Sequence record: LC765218.1
DNA: 64,000 bases
Direction: 5' to 3' (one strand)
Below the pieces are notes generated by a model. That model was given only the letters and a program-made list of their open reading frames with translations. It did not search any database and was not told the origin of the DNA. The number at the start of each line of letters is the position of its first letter. Position 1 is the first letter of the stretch. Position numbers and translations under genes: made by a program. Below, in pieces: positions 19,245 to 28,232 of this stretch.

Positions 19245-19637
19245 ATGGATCAAGAATTCCATCGCCTTCGTCGTAATGAACTTTATATCCTTGAACACGA
19301 TGCAATCTCAATGGCATTGTTCAGGTTCATTCTCGATAAAGTTACACCAGAGAAGCTTCCATATATCCTCAACAACATCACTGGTCCAGATAACCACTCG
19401 GTTGATGTGAGGATTGATTGGAAATCTGAAGCACCAGAACGTTTCATCGTTCATATCACGGCAACTCGTGACAAAGAGACATCTTGGATCGAATATGAAT
19501 TCGACATAGACTGCATGAACCATTTGACGATCTTTAAGAAATATCGTCAAGGAAGTCGCTCCGAGGGTTGGATGAGAAGTCTTCTTCATGAAGTGCTTCG
19601 CTACGTAGCCCAGAACTGCGATGCATTAAAAGCTTAA
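19245..19637 (+). CDS. Hypothetical protein
   Basis: AAGGA RBS. Confidence 0.7.
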   Translation: MDQEFHRLRRNELYILEHDAISMALFRFILDKVTPEKLPYILNNITGPDNHSVDVRIDWKSEAPERFIVHITATRDKETSWIEYEFDIDCMNHLTIFKKYRQGSRSEGWMRSLLHEVLRYVAQNCDALKA

Positions 19638-19647
19638 GGTGCATAAA

Positions 19648-19669
19648 GCCCTCTCCTTCGGGAGAGGGT
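19648..19669 (+). terminator. Stem-loop terminator, UUCG
   Basis: GCCCTCTCC-TTCG-GGAGAGGGT. Confidence 0.8.
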
Positions 19670-19698
19670 ACTCTATCTTTTTCTTTACCGTTAAAGAT

Positions 19699-19719
19699 TA
19701 TCTCAGATCTACATCATGT
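19699..19719 (+). promoter_or_regulatory. 21-bp intergenic motif, copy 2
   Basis: TATCTCAGATCTACATCATGT. Confidence 0.6.
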
Positions 19720-19746
19720 AGATGATCATGAACTCATTACTAGGAG

Positions 19747-20232
19747 GTGTCCATGATAGAACTACATCCTATTTTGGAGGCGGTTGTACTTACAGCCATC
19801 CGTTCTTCTACCATGGCATGCGGTAGAGCGGACGAGCTTGAAGAGGAATATAGGGCATTCTTTGCCGAGCCTCAATTTAAGCGCCGGATTCCAATTAAAG
19901 ATAAGAAACATTGGTTCACAGTTGAAAGTGGTCAACAATTCCTTTATCGTGAACACGTGCTTGATTTAATGAGCGGTGTGGACGATGAGGATGATGACGA
20001 CGAAGACCTCGATGATACCCTAGACGAAGAGGATATGTCCAAACTTCGATTCTATCAATTGCAGATTGAAGATGGTCCGATCTATTATGGTTCATTCGAT
20101 CCGCTTGATCTAATCGATCTTGAAGATGCATATGAAACGGGTATTCTCCAAACTAAAACTTGGATGGACGTAATTCTCGTTAATTGTGGATTCTTTGTTG
20201 ATCCTAACGAGAAGATCCTTTTTCCTCAATAG
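19747..20232 (+). CDS. Acidic hypothetical protein
   Basis: DDEDDDDEDLDDTLDEED tract; AGGAGG RBS. Confidence 0.7.
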   Translation: MSMIELHPILEAVVLTAIRSSTMACGRADELEEEYRAFFAEPQFKRRIPIKDKKHWFTVESGQQFLYREHVLDLMSGVDDEDDDDEDLDDTLDEEDMSKLRFYQLQIEDGPIYYGSFDPLDLIDLEDAYETGILQTKTWMDVILVNCGFFVDPNEKILFPQ

Positions 20233-20255
20233 TACTAACGCTTAACGTGGAGTAA

Positions 20256-20864
20256 ATGATGGATATTGTAGCAGAAGCATATCAGCAAGTTAAAGCTATC
20301 TTGGATACTCGCATCCCGGCGAACGTGCTTCCGCTATGGAAAGGGCATCACACAGTAGAGTTAGCAGCAGCTATTGGTGTAGGTTATACGATCGGTTCTG
20401 GTGAACGACGTAAAGGTTCTGGGCTACCGGTATGGACACATTTGCACAATGCAGCATCCATCGGTAAAATGTTTGGACTTGGTCCTGGCGAACAGGCTGC
20501 CTTGTGGTTACATGACATCGTCGAAGATAGTAGCTGGACTCTCGATGACGTTCTAACTCATTTCACGCCGTATATCACCAAACTTGTACAAGGTTTAACG
20601 CAGCCGAATTTTGATGCTCCTCGGAAAGTTCGAATCGATGCGTATCATCGGCAATTAGAAGAATGTTGTGACGTTACACAGACGTGCAAACTTATTGAAT
20701 CTCTCACCAACGTGTATGTCATCGTTGATGATGCTCCTAAGTTTGCGCCCGTCTTCCTCAAAGAGAAATTGGACCTCTATAATCGAATGACTAAAGCTCA
20801 TCCGGTAGTAAGAGATGTATTCAAGATTTTCTTAGACGAGGCATTTGCTAAACTGGAGGCTTAA
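20256..20864 (+). CDS. HD-domain hydrolase, Mesh1/SpoT-hydrolase-like (small alarmone hydrolase)
   Basis: WTHL..AA, AALWLHDIVEDS, F..YITKLVQGLT, CKLIESLTN. Confidence 0.75.
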   Translation: MMDIVAEAYQQVKAILDTRIPANVLPLWKGHHTVELAAAIGVGYTIGSGERRKGSGLPVWTHLHNAASIGKMFGLGPGEQAALWLHDIVEDSSWTLDDVLTHFTPYITKLVQGLTQPNFDAPRKVRIDAYHRQLEECCDVTQTCKLIESLTNVYVIVDDAPKFAPVFLKEKLDLYNRMTKAHPVVRDVFKIFLDEAFAKLEA

Positions 20865-21136
20865 TGTCATACTACCTTGCTTTTATAGTTGGTATAGTAA
20901 CCGCCTATATCTCTGCTTATCATGAGAGTGTAGCGATAGTTATGTTCATAGGTACATCCATCTGGTTCTACCTTTATATACAACTGGAAGCACGTGGTAT
21001 TTGGAAAGATATTTTCAAATGGTCACCCGTGTGGTATAAACGTTGGGTAATTGGACATAACTTTTTGATGCCATGCGTATTCGCTATATGGATTGGCTAT
21101 CTGGTCGGTCCAATTGTAGAGTCGTATGCTATCTAA
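20864..21136 (+). CDS. Small membrane protein
   Basis: Three hydrophobic segments. Confidence 0.65.
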   Translation: MSYYLAFIVGIVTAYISAYHESVAIVMFIGTSIWFYLYIQLEARGIWKDIFKWSPVWYKRWVIGHNFLMPCVFAIWIGYLVGPIVESYAI

Positions 21137-21140
21137 ACAT

Positions 21141-21162
21141 AGTCCTCCCTTCGGGGAGGACT
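21141..21162 (+). terminator. Stem-loop, UUCG
   Basis: AGTCCTCCC-TTCG-GGGAGGACT. Confidence 0.8.
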
Positions 21163-21243
21163 TTATGTTGGATGGATATTACATTTAAAACATTTGAATC
21201 ACTACATAACAAACTTGACATATACTCAAAAGAGGTTAAGGAG

Positions 21244-21600
21244 ATGAAACGCTATATAATCGCTTTTCTGATCATGATGTTTACTGGTTGCCAACCATCG
21301 TTCGCTGAACGTGATCAACAGATAACCGAAAAATCCTGTAAGATCGCTGTATCTATGTCCCGCGATGTTATCAAGATCTTTCGGAATGGCGGTGACCAGT
21401 TCCAAGCAATGTCCTATTTGAATAAGCGCATGGGCGACACTGATAACGATGACATTCGTACTGGTGCCATCTATGCACAAGTTCTTGTAATAGATATTAA
21501 ACGCAACATAACTAAACGTTTTCCTGATAAAGATATTATTCAGGCCGTAATCGAAAGTTGTGAAGCTAACATGGGTTACAAATTCGCAGGGAGTAAATGA
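21244..21600 (+). CDS. Exported protein (signal peptide, paired Cys)
   Basis: MKRYIIAFLIMMFTGC; KSCKIA, IESCEA; GGAG RBS. Confidence 0.65.
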   Translation: MKRYIIAFLIMMFTGCQPSFAERDQQITEKSCKIAVSMSRDVIKIFRNGGDQFQAMSYLNKRMGDTDNDDIRTGAIYAQVLVIDIKRNITKRFPDKDIIQAVIESCEANMGYKFAGSK

Positions 21601-22052
21601 ATATGTTCGTTCGTCTTATTGTAGGTTTTGTAATGATAGCGGTAATGAGCGTGGCCAATGCAGCGCCGGTACCTAAAGGTTTCATGCGGGATATCCGGAT
21701 GGTTGACACTGAGCTCTGCGAAAAAGTCGAGATTATCGCGACTGCTCTTGCCATCGATAACATGCAGAGTTCTGTGGGTGCACGGGATCTTTCTCAACAA
21801 GTAGTTACTGCTCTTCTTAATAACGAGAGCAAAGACCCAACCAGTTGGGCAACATTCCATTTCATTTCGGTCTATTCGCCAACGTTGCACGGTAACCTCT
21901 ACAGTAAAACCTACCGGCTTAGCTGGCTTAATCTGAAAGGTAATCTCAGCCAATACCCTGATTTTATTGGCGGTGCAGCTTACCTCGATTGCAAAAAAGC
22001 AATCGGCACTAAGTTCGAATACCTTCGTCCTATTGTAGGTCGCGCCCTTTAA
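21597..22052 (+). CDS. Exported protein (signal peptide, paired Cys)
   Basis: VANA-AP cleavage site; ELCEKV, YLDCKK. Confidence 0.65.
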   Translation: MNMFVRLIVGFVMIAVMSVANAAPVPKGFMRDIRMVDTELCEKVEIIATALAIDNMQSSVGARDLSQQVVTALLNNESKDPTSWATFHFISVYSPTLHGNLYSKTYRLSWLNLKGNLSQYPDFIGGAAYLDCKKAIGTKFEYLRPIVGRAL

Positions 22053-22066
22053 ACTGAGGATATTTC

Positions 22067-22516
22067 ATGAAACATGTAGCAGCTCTATTTCTTCTCGTCT
22101 TGTCCTTTGCAGTCAATGCGAATAATTATCTCGTGTTGAACGATGACGTATGTGCGCTGGTTTATCAAACCAGCATCGTTGTCGGTAATCAGATTGAGGA
22201 GAAGAACGCTAATTCTGATCAAGCTTCGATTGCTGTTCAGAATGCGTATTGGACTCTATGGAATAAAGTGAAAGACATGCCGAAATCCATGGAGTACGAA
22301 ATCACTGCAAACCTTACGGCTCTGTGGTATATCAAAGACAAGATCGTTAACTTCCATGTTGACATTACGCGATACAGGAAACAGTTTGGTCCAAATGGTT
22401 TTAATGGGATGACTGCGACCGATCGTGCGGCTGAAAGATTGTTTTCTGCATGTCGGATGAGTAAGAGTTTCGATCCTAAACCTTTTACGGTGCCTAACCC
22501 AGCCGATAAGAAATAA
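22067..22516 (+). CDS. Exported protein (signal peptide, paired Cys)
   Basis: AVNA-NN cleavage site; DVCALV, FSACRM. Confidence 0.65.
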   Translation: MKHVAALFLLVLSFAVNANNYLVLNDDVCALVYQTSIVVGNQIEEKNANSDQASIAVQNAYWTLWNKVKDMPKSMEYEITANLTALWYIKDKIVNFHVDITRYRKQFGPNGFNGMTATDRAAERLFSACRMSKSFDPKPFTVPNPADKK

Positions 22517-22524
22517 ATGCATAT

Positions 22525-22546
22525 GCCCTCTCCTTCGGGAGAGGGC
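22525..22546 (+). terminator. Stem-loop, UUCG
   Basis: GCCCTCTCC-TTCG-GGAGAGGGC. Confidence 0.8.
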
Positions 22547-22573
22547 TGTATGTACTAAAATTTTTTTCAAATC

Positions 22574-22581
22574 TATATTAC
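22574..22581 (+). promoter_or_regulatory. phiKZ-type early promoter core
   Basis: TTTCAAATCTATATTAC. Confidence 0.75.
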
Positions 22582-22611
22582 GTATTTGCTGAATCCATAA
22601 GGACTTTACAA

Positions 22612-22782
22612 ATGACGTATAAGAGGAAACAGTCTATCTGGTTAATGATAATTGGACTAATCGTCTTTGTCATTATTGCCTGTATCTACACGAAGAAACA
22701 CGCTGAACGTCAAGTTGAGCAATGTAAAAAATATCCCCTTTCTTGTCAAGAGGTAGTTACACATGTCCAGTCGTTCCGCTGA
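22612..22782 (+). CDS. 56-aa single-TM protein (not in ORF track)
   Basis: AAGGA RBS; MTYKRKQSIWLMIIGLIVFVIIACIYTKK.. Confidence 0.55.
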   Translation: MTYKRKQSIWLMIIGLIVFVIIACIYTKKHAERQVEQCKKYPLSCQEVVTHVQSFR

Positions 22783-22957
22783 TCGTCTTCAAGTACTTGT
22801 AAATGGTGGTAAATCGGTTATCGCTACAAACCCAGATATCGCAAAACGTATCGCCAGTCTTGAGATAGGTTGGGAAGAACGTTCTGGTGAATTACTTCCC
22901 ACTGTAAAAATTACATTCCGAGATCCAGAACCTTTGAGGGGTGGTGTAATTGGCTAA
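22763..22957 (+). CDS. Hypothetical protein
   Basis: GAGG RBS. Confidence 0.6.
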   Translation: MSSRSADRLQVLVNGGKSVIATNPDIAKRIASLEIGWEERSGELLPTVKITFRDPEPLRGGVIG

Positions 22958-23444
22958 CAAGATCGCAATAATCCACGGTACATGGATGCCTGATCCAGAT
23001 AATGAGACCGGCTGGGAACTCGCTGTCGTTCCGCTTGTTCAGACGTATTGCAATTCAAATTGTACTCGTTATATCCCTGGTGGTCAATTCAGTCTGATTA
23101 ATCTGACTGATGATACTGTTCTCGATAAGGCTATTAATAACTCAATGTCATTTACGCATGACATTGAAACTTTTATCAAGGTAACAAATAAACCAGGTAT
23201 TCATCGAATGACACCTGTTCCTAAAACAGGTAGTATCACCATGCATAATCTCGGCCAGTTGGACGATGAAGGTGAAGAGTATGATGTTTACCTGATGATC
23301 CCAAGTAATATTAATGCCGCTCTTAAAGACCGGTGTTTTGAATGGGATGGAATGTACTTACTGAGAGACATCGAGGTTGAAGAAGATGAGCTGTTGGAAT
23401 TGGCTACCTTGGAACTTCTCAAGCAAGTCCGCTTCGGTGAATGA
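22950..23444 (+). CDS. Hypothetical protein
   Basis: Packed ORF. Confidence 0.6.
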   Translation: MANKIAIIHGTWMPDPDNETGWELAVVPLVQTYCNSNCTRYIPGGQFSLINLTDDTVLDKAINNSMSFTHDIETFIKVTNKPGIHRMTPVPKTGSITMHNLGQLDDEGEEYDVYLMIPSNINAALKDRCFEWDGMYLLRDIEVEEDELLELATLELLKQVRFGE

Positions 23445-23832
23445 CTCAAATGTCACGTCACTAAATAAAAAAGAGTTATCTTTTATGCTTCGAGATAGAA
23501 CCATTGTCATAGATTCTAAAGAAGAGTTCTATGACAAATATGTTCGCTACATGACAACTCAAATTCTTCGGGATATCCGTTCTGAAATGGAATTGGATGA
23601 TTATGGTGGAAATTACGCGAACGTAAAATATGATTCGTCTGGAGCAGCCTGGTTCGAAATACATGTATCCCACATACTCACAAAAGAGTTAAAACTCTCT
23701 CTAAGAGAAGCAATGGGTAAGCATGGTTGGTCAATTGAAATCATTGATGAGGCTAGCCCTACTAATGAAACAGGTGAGTCAATTGTGACCCGTATTAAAA
23801 TCTATCTCACTCATGGAGAGCTTGTCCGATGA
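23437..23832 (+). CDS. Hypothetical protein, xGW-motif paralogue
   Basis: LREAMGKHGWSIEI; start uncertain. Confidence 0.6.
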   Translation: MNDSNVTSLNKKELSFMLRDRTIVIDSKEEFYDKYVRYMTTQILRDIRSEMELDDYGGNYANVKYDSSGAAWFEIHVSHILTKELKLSLREAMGKHGWSIEIIDEASPTNETGESIVTRIKIYLTHGELVR

Positions 23833-24173
23833 CCCTTGGTATTTCAAAATCGCTTCTGGAAGATGCAATCAAAACTCTCCGGATGGAAACCGACAATTGT
23901 TCTATTCCGACAAAAAGTGAAGTTATTGCGATGCTGGTAGAACGCCAGGCTAATGAAGTCTGTGCAAGCATCCGTAAAAAGATCCTTGAAGATCTACCTG
24001 GTTTCAATAACTTCCATTATGTCAGAAACTATGAGATTGTTGTCGAACATAAAGACGACATTGCTTTGTCTGTAAAGAAAGTTGTTAAAGCGCGGTTGAA
24101 AGAAGCAGGATGGACGAAGGTAGAGTTCTGCGAACATAGTTGCGGTATTACAAAGATCAGGATCAAGCTATGA
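23829..24173 (+). CDS. Hypothetical protein, xGW-motif paralogue
   Basis: VKARLKEAGWTKVEF. Confidence 0.65.
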   Translation: MTLGISKSLLEDAIKTLRMETDNCSIPTKSEVIAMLVERQANEVCASIRKKILEDLPGFNNFHYVRNYEIVVEHKDDIALSVKKVVKARLKEAGWTKVEFCEHSCGITKIRIKL

Positions 24174-24592
24174 AAAACACCCGTTTAGTAGAAGTGGCTA
24201 AACATGCCTATTGTTTAATCGGTGGTCTGCCTGAGCCAGAAGACCTTGATGAAAATGAAAAAGAATACTGGGCGACTATACCGAGTGAAGACATCAAACT
24301 TGCTTCGCATTGGAAACTCGTATCTACCGGTCCTCTTTACGACCTCCTGATGAAGTTTAGTAAAATAGACCACGATCGAGTTAACCCTTATCCGGGTGGT
24401 CCCACTCTTAACACCGATGAACTTGAAACATTCAGGATTCCAGGTGAAGATGAGGGTGCTTTGATTTGGCGTGATGTCTGTATCACGTGGTACAAACGAC
24501 CAGGGCGTTGCATGTGTGCTTCAAGGGATCTCACCGATGAAGAACTCGTGCAACTAGAACAAGAACTCAACAAAGCGATCGAAAAACCATGA
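24170..24592 (+). CDS. Hypothetical protein
   Basis: ATGA-coupled ORF. Confidence 0.65.
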   Translation: MKNTRLVEVAKHAYCLIGGLPEPEDLDENEKEYWATIPSEDIKLASHWKLVSTGPLYDLLMKFSKIDHDRVNPYPGGPTLNTDELETFRIPGEDEGALIWRDVCITWYKRPGRCMCASRDLTDEELVQLEQELNKAIEKP

Positions 24593-24957
24593 CCGTATAT
24601 TTCGAAGGCACTGGTGAACCGCGCGCAGCCACGTTCAGTGAAGTACGTGATCTGTTTATAGACGCGGTAAATAGTAAACGAGATGAAATTCTCGCTGAAG
24701 CTGAACAAGGTAAGTATGAGGCATATGTCAATCCGAATGCTGCCATGGCGGATGATATTGTCTCTGGTGTACTCGGTGTGATTGAAGGTAACCATCCCGA
24801 CTGTCCCGGTTTTTCACTCATTCCTAAGGTGGGTGAAGAAGAAAAAGCCGAAGCTATTGAAGCAGGTGGAAACTGGATTCCATTCGCATCTGAAGATGTG
24901 GAAGCAATCGATATTTCCGATGGGGTAGTTGATTATTTCAAATTGGTAAACAGCTAA
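24589..24957 (+). CDS. Hypothetical protein
   Basis: ATGA-coupled ORF. Confidence 0.65.
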   Translation: MTVYFEGTGEPRAATFSEVRDLFIDAVNSKRDEILAEAEQGKYEAYVNPNAAMADDIVSGVLGVIEGNHPDCPGFSLIPKVGEEEKAEAIEAGGNWIPFASEDVEAIDISDGVVDYFKLVNS

Positions 24958-25457
24958 TGAACTACAGTATCATCGAAGCTCCCATTCTTGTGAAGATGTC
25001 CCTACGTTCGATCATAGAGAACAAACTTTACGAACAATCCGGTTCACTCTGTCGTTATATCAAAACCATTCTGAAAAATGGTACCGTGAGACGTTACCGT
25101 GTGGTAATGGCGATCGATGATACTGATGGTGCACTGGTTGGTTATATCTTGCACAATACTGGCCGTCGTAATCTCTGTATGTTCTACGTTAAACCCGAAT
25201 TCCGGCGAAAAGGCGTCGGTTCAGGTATGGTGAAAGAACTACGACGATTGACTGGTTCAAAACTTCTACGTGGTTATTATGGTTTCCATGGATACCAACA
25301 TTTCTACGAGAAGCATTACATCTACCAAGTCGATGCTGACTTCACGACTGAAGAAACTAAACGCATTCTGAGGGGTGAAGTTAAAGCATCATCCATTCTG
25401 AAATACCGGCAACACAAACTACGTCTTAAAACCAAACAACTTGTAGGAGAAGCTTAA
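24957..25457 (+). CDS. GNAT-family acetyltransferase
   Basis: Motif A FYVKPEFRRKGVGSGMVKEL; FYEK. Confidence 0.8.
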   Translation: MNYSIIEAPILVKMSLRSIIENKLYEQSGSLCRYIKTILKNGTVRRYRVVMAIDDTDGALVGYILHNTGRRNLCMFYVKPEFRRKGVGSGMVKELRRLTGSKLLRGYYGFHGYQHFYEKHYIYQVDADFTTEETKRILRGEVKASSILKYRQHKLRLKTKQLVGEA

Positions 25458-25747
25458 TGGCTACTCAACTGATTGGCGCTGCTGTAGAAGTACGTACTGA
25501 GGCAATTGAACTGTTCAAGAACAAAGTTCGTGAACTCAGTAAAGATGACACCAACGACGGCAATGATGTTCTTTGCGGGGCAGCTGCTGCCGCTATTGAC
25601 TATGCGGTGGGTGGTGTTCTCGACGCTGTTGAAAACCATTACGAGGATATCATCACTGGGTCTACCGACCACGATGAAGACCCTGGTGTGAATCTCACTT
25701 GTGTCTCCGGGCTCTCGGAAACCTACTTCGAGTCCGTGAATACCTGA
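25457..25747 (+). CDS. Hypothetical protein
   Basis: TAATG-coupled ORF. Confidence 0.65.
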   Translation: MATQLIGAAVEVRTEAIELFKNKVRELSKDDTNDGNDVLCGAAAAAIDYAVGGVLDAVENHYEDIITGSTDHDEDPGVNLTCVSGLSETYFESVNT

Positions 25748-26088
25748 TGAAGGTTCCTTCGTTAGATTGGAACGATCCAGACCTTGACTCCTTGCTCCGA
25801 GTGAGTGGGGAGTTTTCTGCCGTTGTTATCGACCTTGAGAAATCCATTATCAATGTCGGTGTTGCAATGTTAAATGATCTTCTGGATAAAGCAACGGTTG
25901 ACGTGGTTGACAAGACGGGTATAGCTGAAGGACCTGTCCGTGAATGGCTAACTGACTTTGCTTACAAGCTCGGTGACATTAACCTCTCCGCTGTGAAAAT
26001 GGTGGAGAACCATTCTCTGGATACTTCAGCTGCTAGTCACGTTGTGGGTTCCATCTACTCCTATCACTACGACAGGGTTAACACATGA
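25747..26088 (+). CDS. Hypothetical protein
   Basis: TGATG-coupled ORF. Confidence 0.65.
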   Translation: MKVPSLDWNDPDLDSLLRVSGEFSAVVIDLEKSIINVGVAMLNDLLDKATVDVVDKTGIAEGPVREWLTDFAYKLGDINLSAVKMVENHSLDTSAASHVVGSIYSYHYDRVNT

Positions 26089-26300
26089 GTGATCCGGCTA
26101 ACGCTCTTATCGAGTATTACGCATCTCGTGGTCTTAGTGGCGTAATGGCTACACATGAACTACATACACAGATCAACGGCGATCACATCATCTTCGGTGG
26201 TGGTTGGACCGAGACAACAGAGAAAGCAGCATCATCGCTAAGGCGGCGAATGAAGCGTAGTTCCATAACCGAGGTGAATGTATGGAAGAAGCGAAAGTAG
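26085..26300 (+). CDS. Hypothetical protein
   Basis: ATGA-coupled ORF. Confidence 0.6.
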   Translation: MSDPANALIEYYASRGLSGVMATHELHTQINGDHIIFGGGWTETTEKAASSLRRRMKRSSITEVNVWKKRK

Positions 26301-26617
26301 AATACCCCTACCATGATAACGAATTTCAGAGCGGGAAAACAAAATTCCTACAAGATGAAATTCGCGAACGGGTAGATGGCATCATCAATGAAGGTTTCGC
26401 TGATATTTCATATAACGGCGAAGGACGAATGATGTCTAAACTCTTCACTGATACTGCAAGAAAAGCTGCTTTGGCTACTATCGATGCTATTCAGACTCAT
26501 GGTCAAATCATGATCGTCGGTAGTGATGTGTACGATGAAGAGGGTAAAATCCGCCTCACTAGTACGCCGTGGTATCCTGATCTCACGCAATCTCTTTTTG
26601 AGGGAGTTAACACGTGA
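26282..26617 (+). CDS. Hypothetical protein
   Basis: GAGG RBS. Confidence 0.6.
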   Translation: MEEAKVEYPYHDNEFQSGKTKFLQDEIRERVDGIINEGFADISYNGEGRMMSKLFTDTARKAALATIDAIQTHGQIMIVGSDVYDEEGKIRLTSTPWYPDLTQSLFEGVNT

Positions 26618-26958
26618 CTGATACGAAAGATGATTGTCCCTTTAAACCTACAAAAGAGTGGTTAAGAGCAAATGACTTATTCCTCCAAGAGTTTTCAGAA
26701 ACTCATGAAACGTTCAGCCGAGAAAATGTGCTCCGTTACACGGACGCTGCACAACAAGACGCGTTCGATGAAGGAATTAAAGAAGGTATCCTTCTGGCCC
26801 TTCGGTTCCTGAGTTCAGGTAACTATCGTTGCTCCAGGGATTATGACTCTAAGCTCAAGCGGAGTAAATCTGTAACTGATCGCGCTGTTGGTGTTAGGCT
26901 TATTTCTGATAATAACAATACCTTAGCAGATCAATATTTCAAACACGTTAATCAATGA
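26614..26958 (+). CDS. Hypothetical protein
   Basis: GTGA-coupled ORF. Confidence 0.6.
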   Translation: MTDTKDDCPFKPTKEWLRANDLFLQEFSETHETFSRENVLRYTDAAQQDAFDEGIKEGILLALRFLSSGNYRCSRDYDSKLKRSKSVTDRAVGVRLISDNNNTLADQYFKHVNQ

Positions 26959-26965
26959 GGTAAGT

Positions 26966-27316
26966 ATGCATAATCTAAACATCGTTATTATTGGTAGTCC
27001 ATTCCTCTATGGAATCCTCACACTGATTTCGATTGGTCTGGCGGGATGGATTCTGTTCTCTAAAAAGAACTGGGTAAAACAACTTGGTTTTGCAAAACGC
27101 TTCCTCATCGCTTTGGTCATCGTAATCTTCTTCCAGTTGTCGCTGCTTCAAATTACCACTCCGGTGAAACAATCAGCGGTAACTCGATTCGATGCACCGC
27201 TGGTTGATCAATCAACTATCCCGGAAAAAGTTACCAAACCCCAAGATAATGTGTCGAAAGCTCAATCTTCTTTTGACGAACAACTCAAGAAATCTAAACA
27301 GGAAAACGCGCAATGA
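26966..27316 (+). CDS. Two-TM membrane protein upstream of SPFH gene
   Basis: Two hydrophobic helices; ATGA-coupled to SPFH. Confidence 0.7.
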   Translation: MHNLNIVIIGSPFLYGILTLISIGLAGWILFSKKNWVKQLGFAKRFLIALVIVIFFQLSLLQITTPVKQSAVTRFDAPLVDQSTIPEKVTKPQDNVSKAQSSFDEQLKKSKQENAQ

Positions 27317-28179
27317 AAAAGTATATCCAATTTGTTTTTGCAATTCTGATCGCTCTCGCAGTTACCGGTTGTTCGTTTGAGGTTATTCCTCCGGCGCACA
27401 AAGGTAAGCTACTCACTGTTAACGGCTATTCCCCGGAAGTTCTCGAACCCGGTAAACTCACTGTCTATGGACGTGATCAACTCATCCTGCTGGATGGTTC
27501 GGTACAGACCAAAAACGAACAACTGACTGTAAAAATGGCAGATAAACTCGATCTGACTTTTACCGTTAGCTTCCGGACTCGCGTTGCTGGTAACGAACAA
27601 GTTATCAACGCCATGTTCAACTCGATCACCGTTGTTGACAACATCGTTACCCTGGATCAAGTTTACAGTATCTACGGGCGTGATGTAGTTAGCTCGGTTT
27701 CTCGTTCTGTGCTCGGCAAATATAAAGTCGAAGAAGTTCCTGCAAACTTCGATAAGATCACTGCTGATCTTCTGGCCAAACTCCAAGAAGCAATGAAAAA
27801 TTCTCCGCTTGAAGTATCTAACGTTACTCTCGGTAGTCTGAAGTATCCGAGTGTTATTACTGAAGCTATTGAGAAACAAGCTGAGCGTGAACTTGCTATT
27901 CAGACCGAGAATAACCAGCAAGCGATTGAAATGACCAAACGCACTAACGCCTTGAAACTGGCCGAAGCTGATCGTGAGGTTGAGCTGACTAAAGCACGTA
28001 CCCTGCGTGATCAGAACCAAATCGTTGCTGCGGGTATCAGCGAGAAGCTTCTGCAATATCGTGCTCTGGAAGTCCAAGAGAAAATGGCTAACAGTCTGGG
28101 TAACTCCGGCTCGTCCATCTTCGTTCCGTATGAAGCACTGAACAGCACTGGCATGAGCAATCGTGTATTCAGCAAGTAA
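27313..28179 (+). CDS. SPFH/band-7 domain lipoprotein
   Basis: Lipobox AVTGC; VIPPAHKG, LEPG, VSNVTLGSLKYP..ITEAIE, coiled-coil tail. Confidence 0.85.
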   Translation: MKKYIQFVFAILIALAVTGCSFEVIPPAHKGKLLTVNGYSPEVLEPGKLTVYGRDQLILLDGSVQTKNEQLTVKMADKLDLTFTVSFRTRVAGNEQVINAMFNSITVVDNIVTLDQVYSIYGRDVVSSVSRSVLGKYKVEEVPANFDKITADLLAKLQEAMKNSPLEVSNVTLGSLKYPSVITEAIEKQAERELAIQTENNQQAIEMTKRTNALKLAEADREVELTKARTLRDQNQIVAAGISEKLLQYRALEVQEKMANSLGNSGSSIFVPYEALNSTGMSNRVFSK

Positions 28180-28232
28180 TCTAAGCTGCGCATCTTAGGG
28201 TGCGCAGCTATACCTTCTCTCTAATTAAGGAT

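Noticed and set aside
24589-26617. Paralogy among small helical ORFs (..GVLGVIEGNH vs ..GVLDAVENHY)
   Set aside because: The similarity is too short to separate from chance without profile comparison
28184-28209. Hairpin AGCTGCGCA-loop-TGCGCAGCT after the SPFH gene as a novel element
   Set aside because: Position after a stop codon fits an ordinary terminator or stability hairpin
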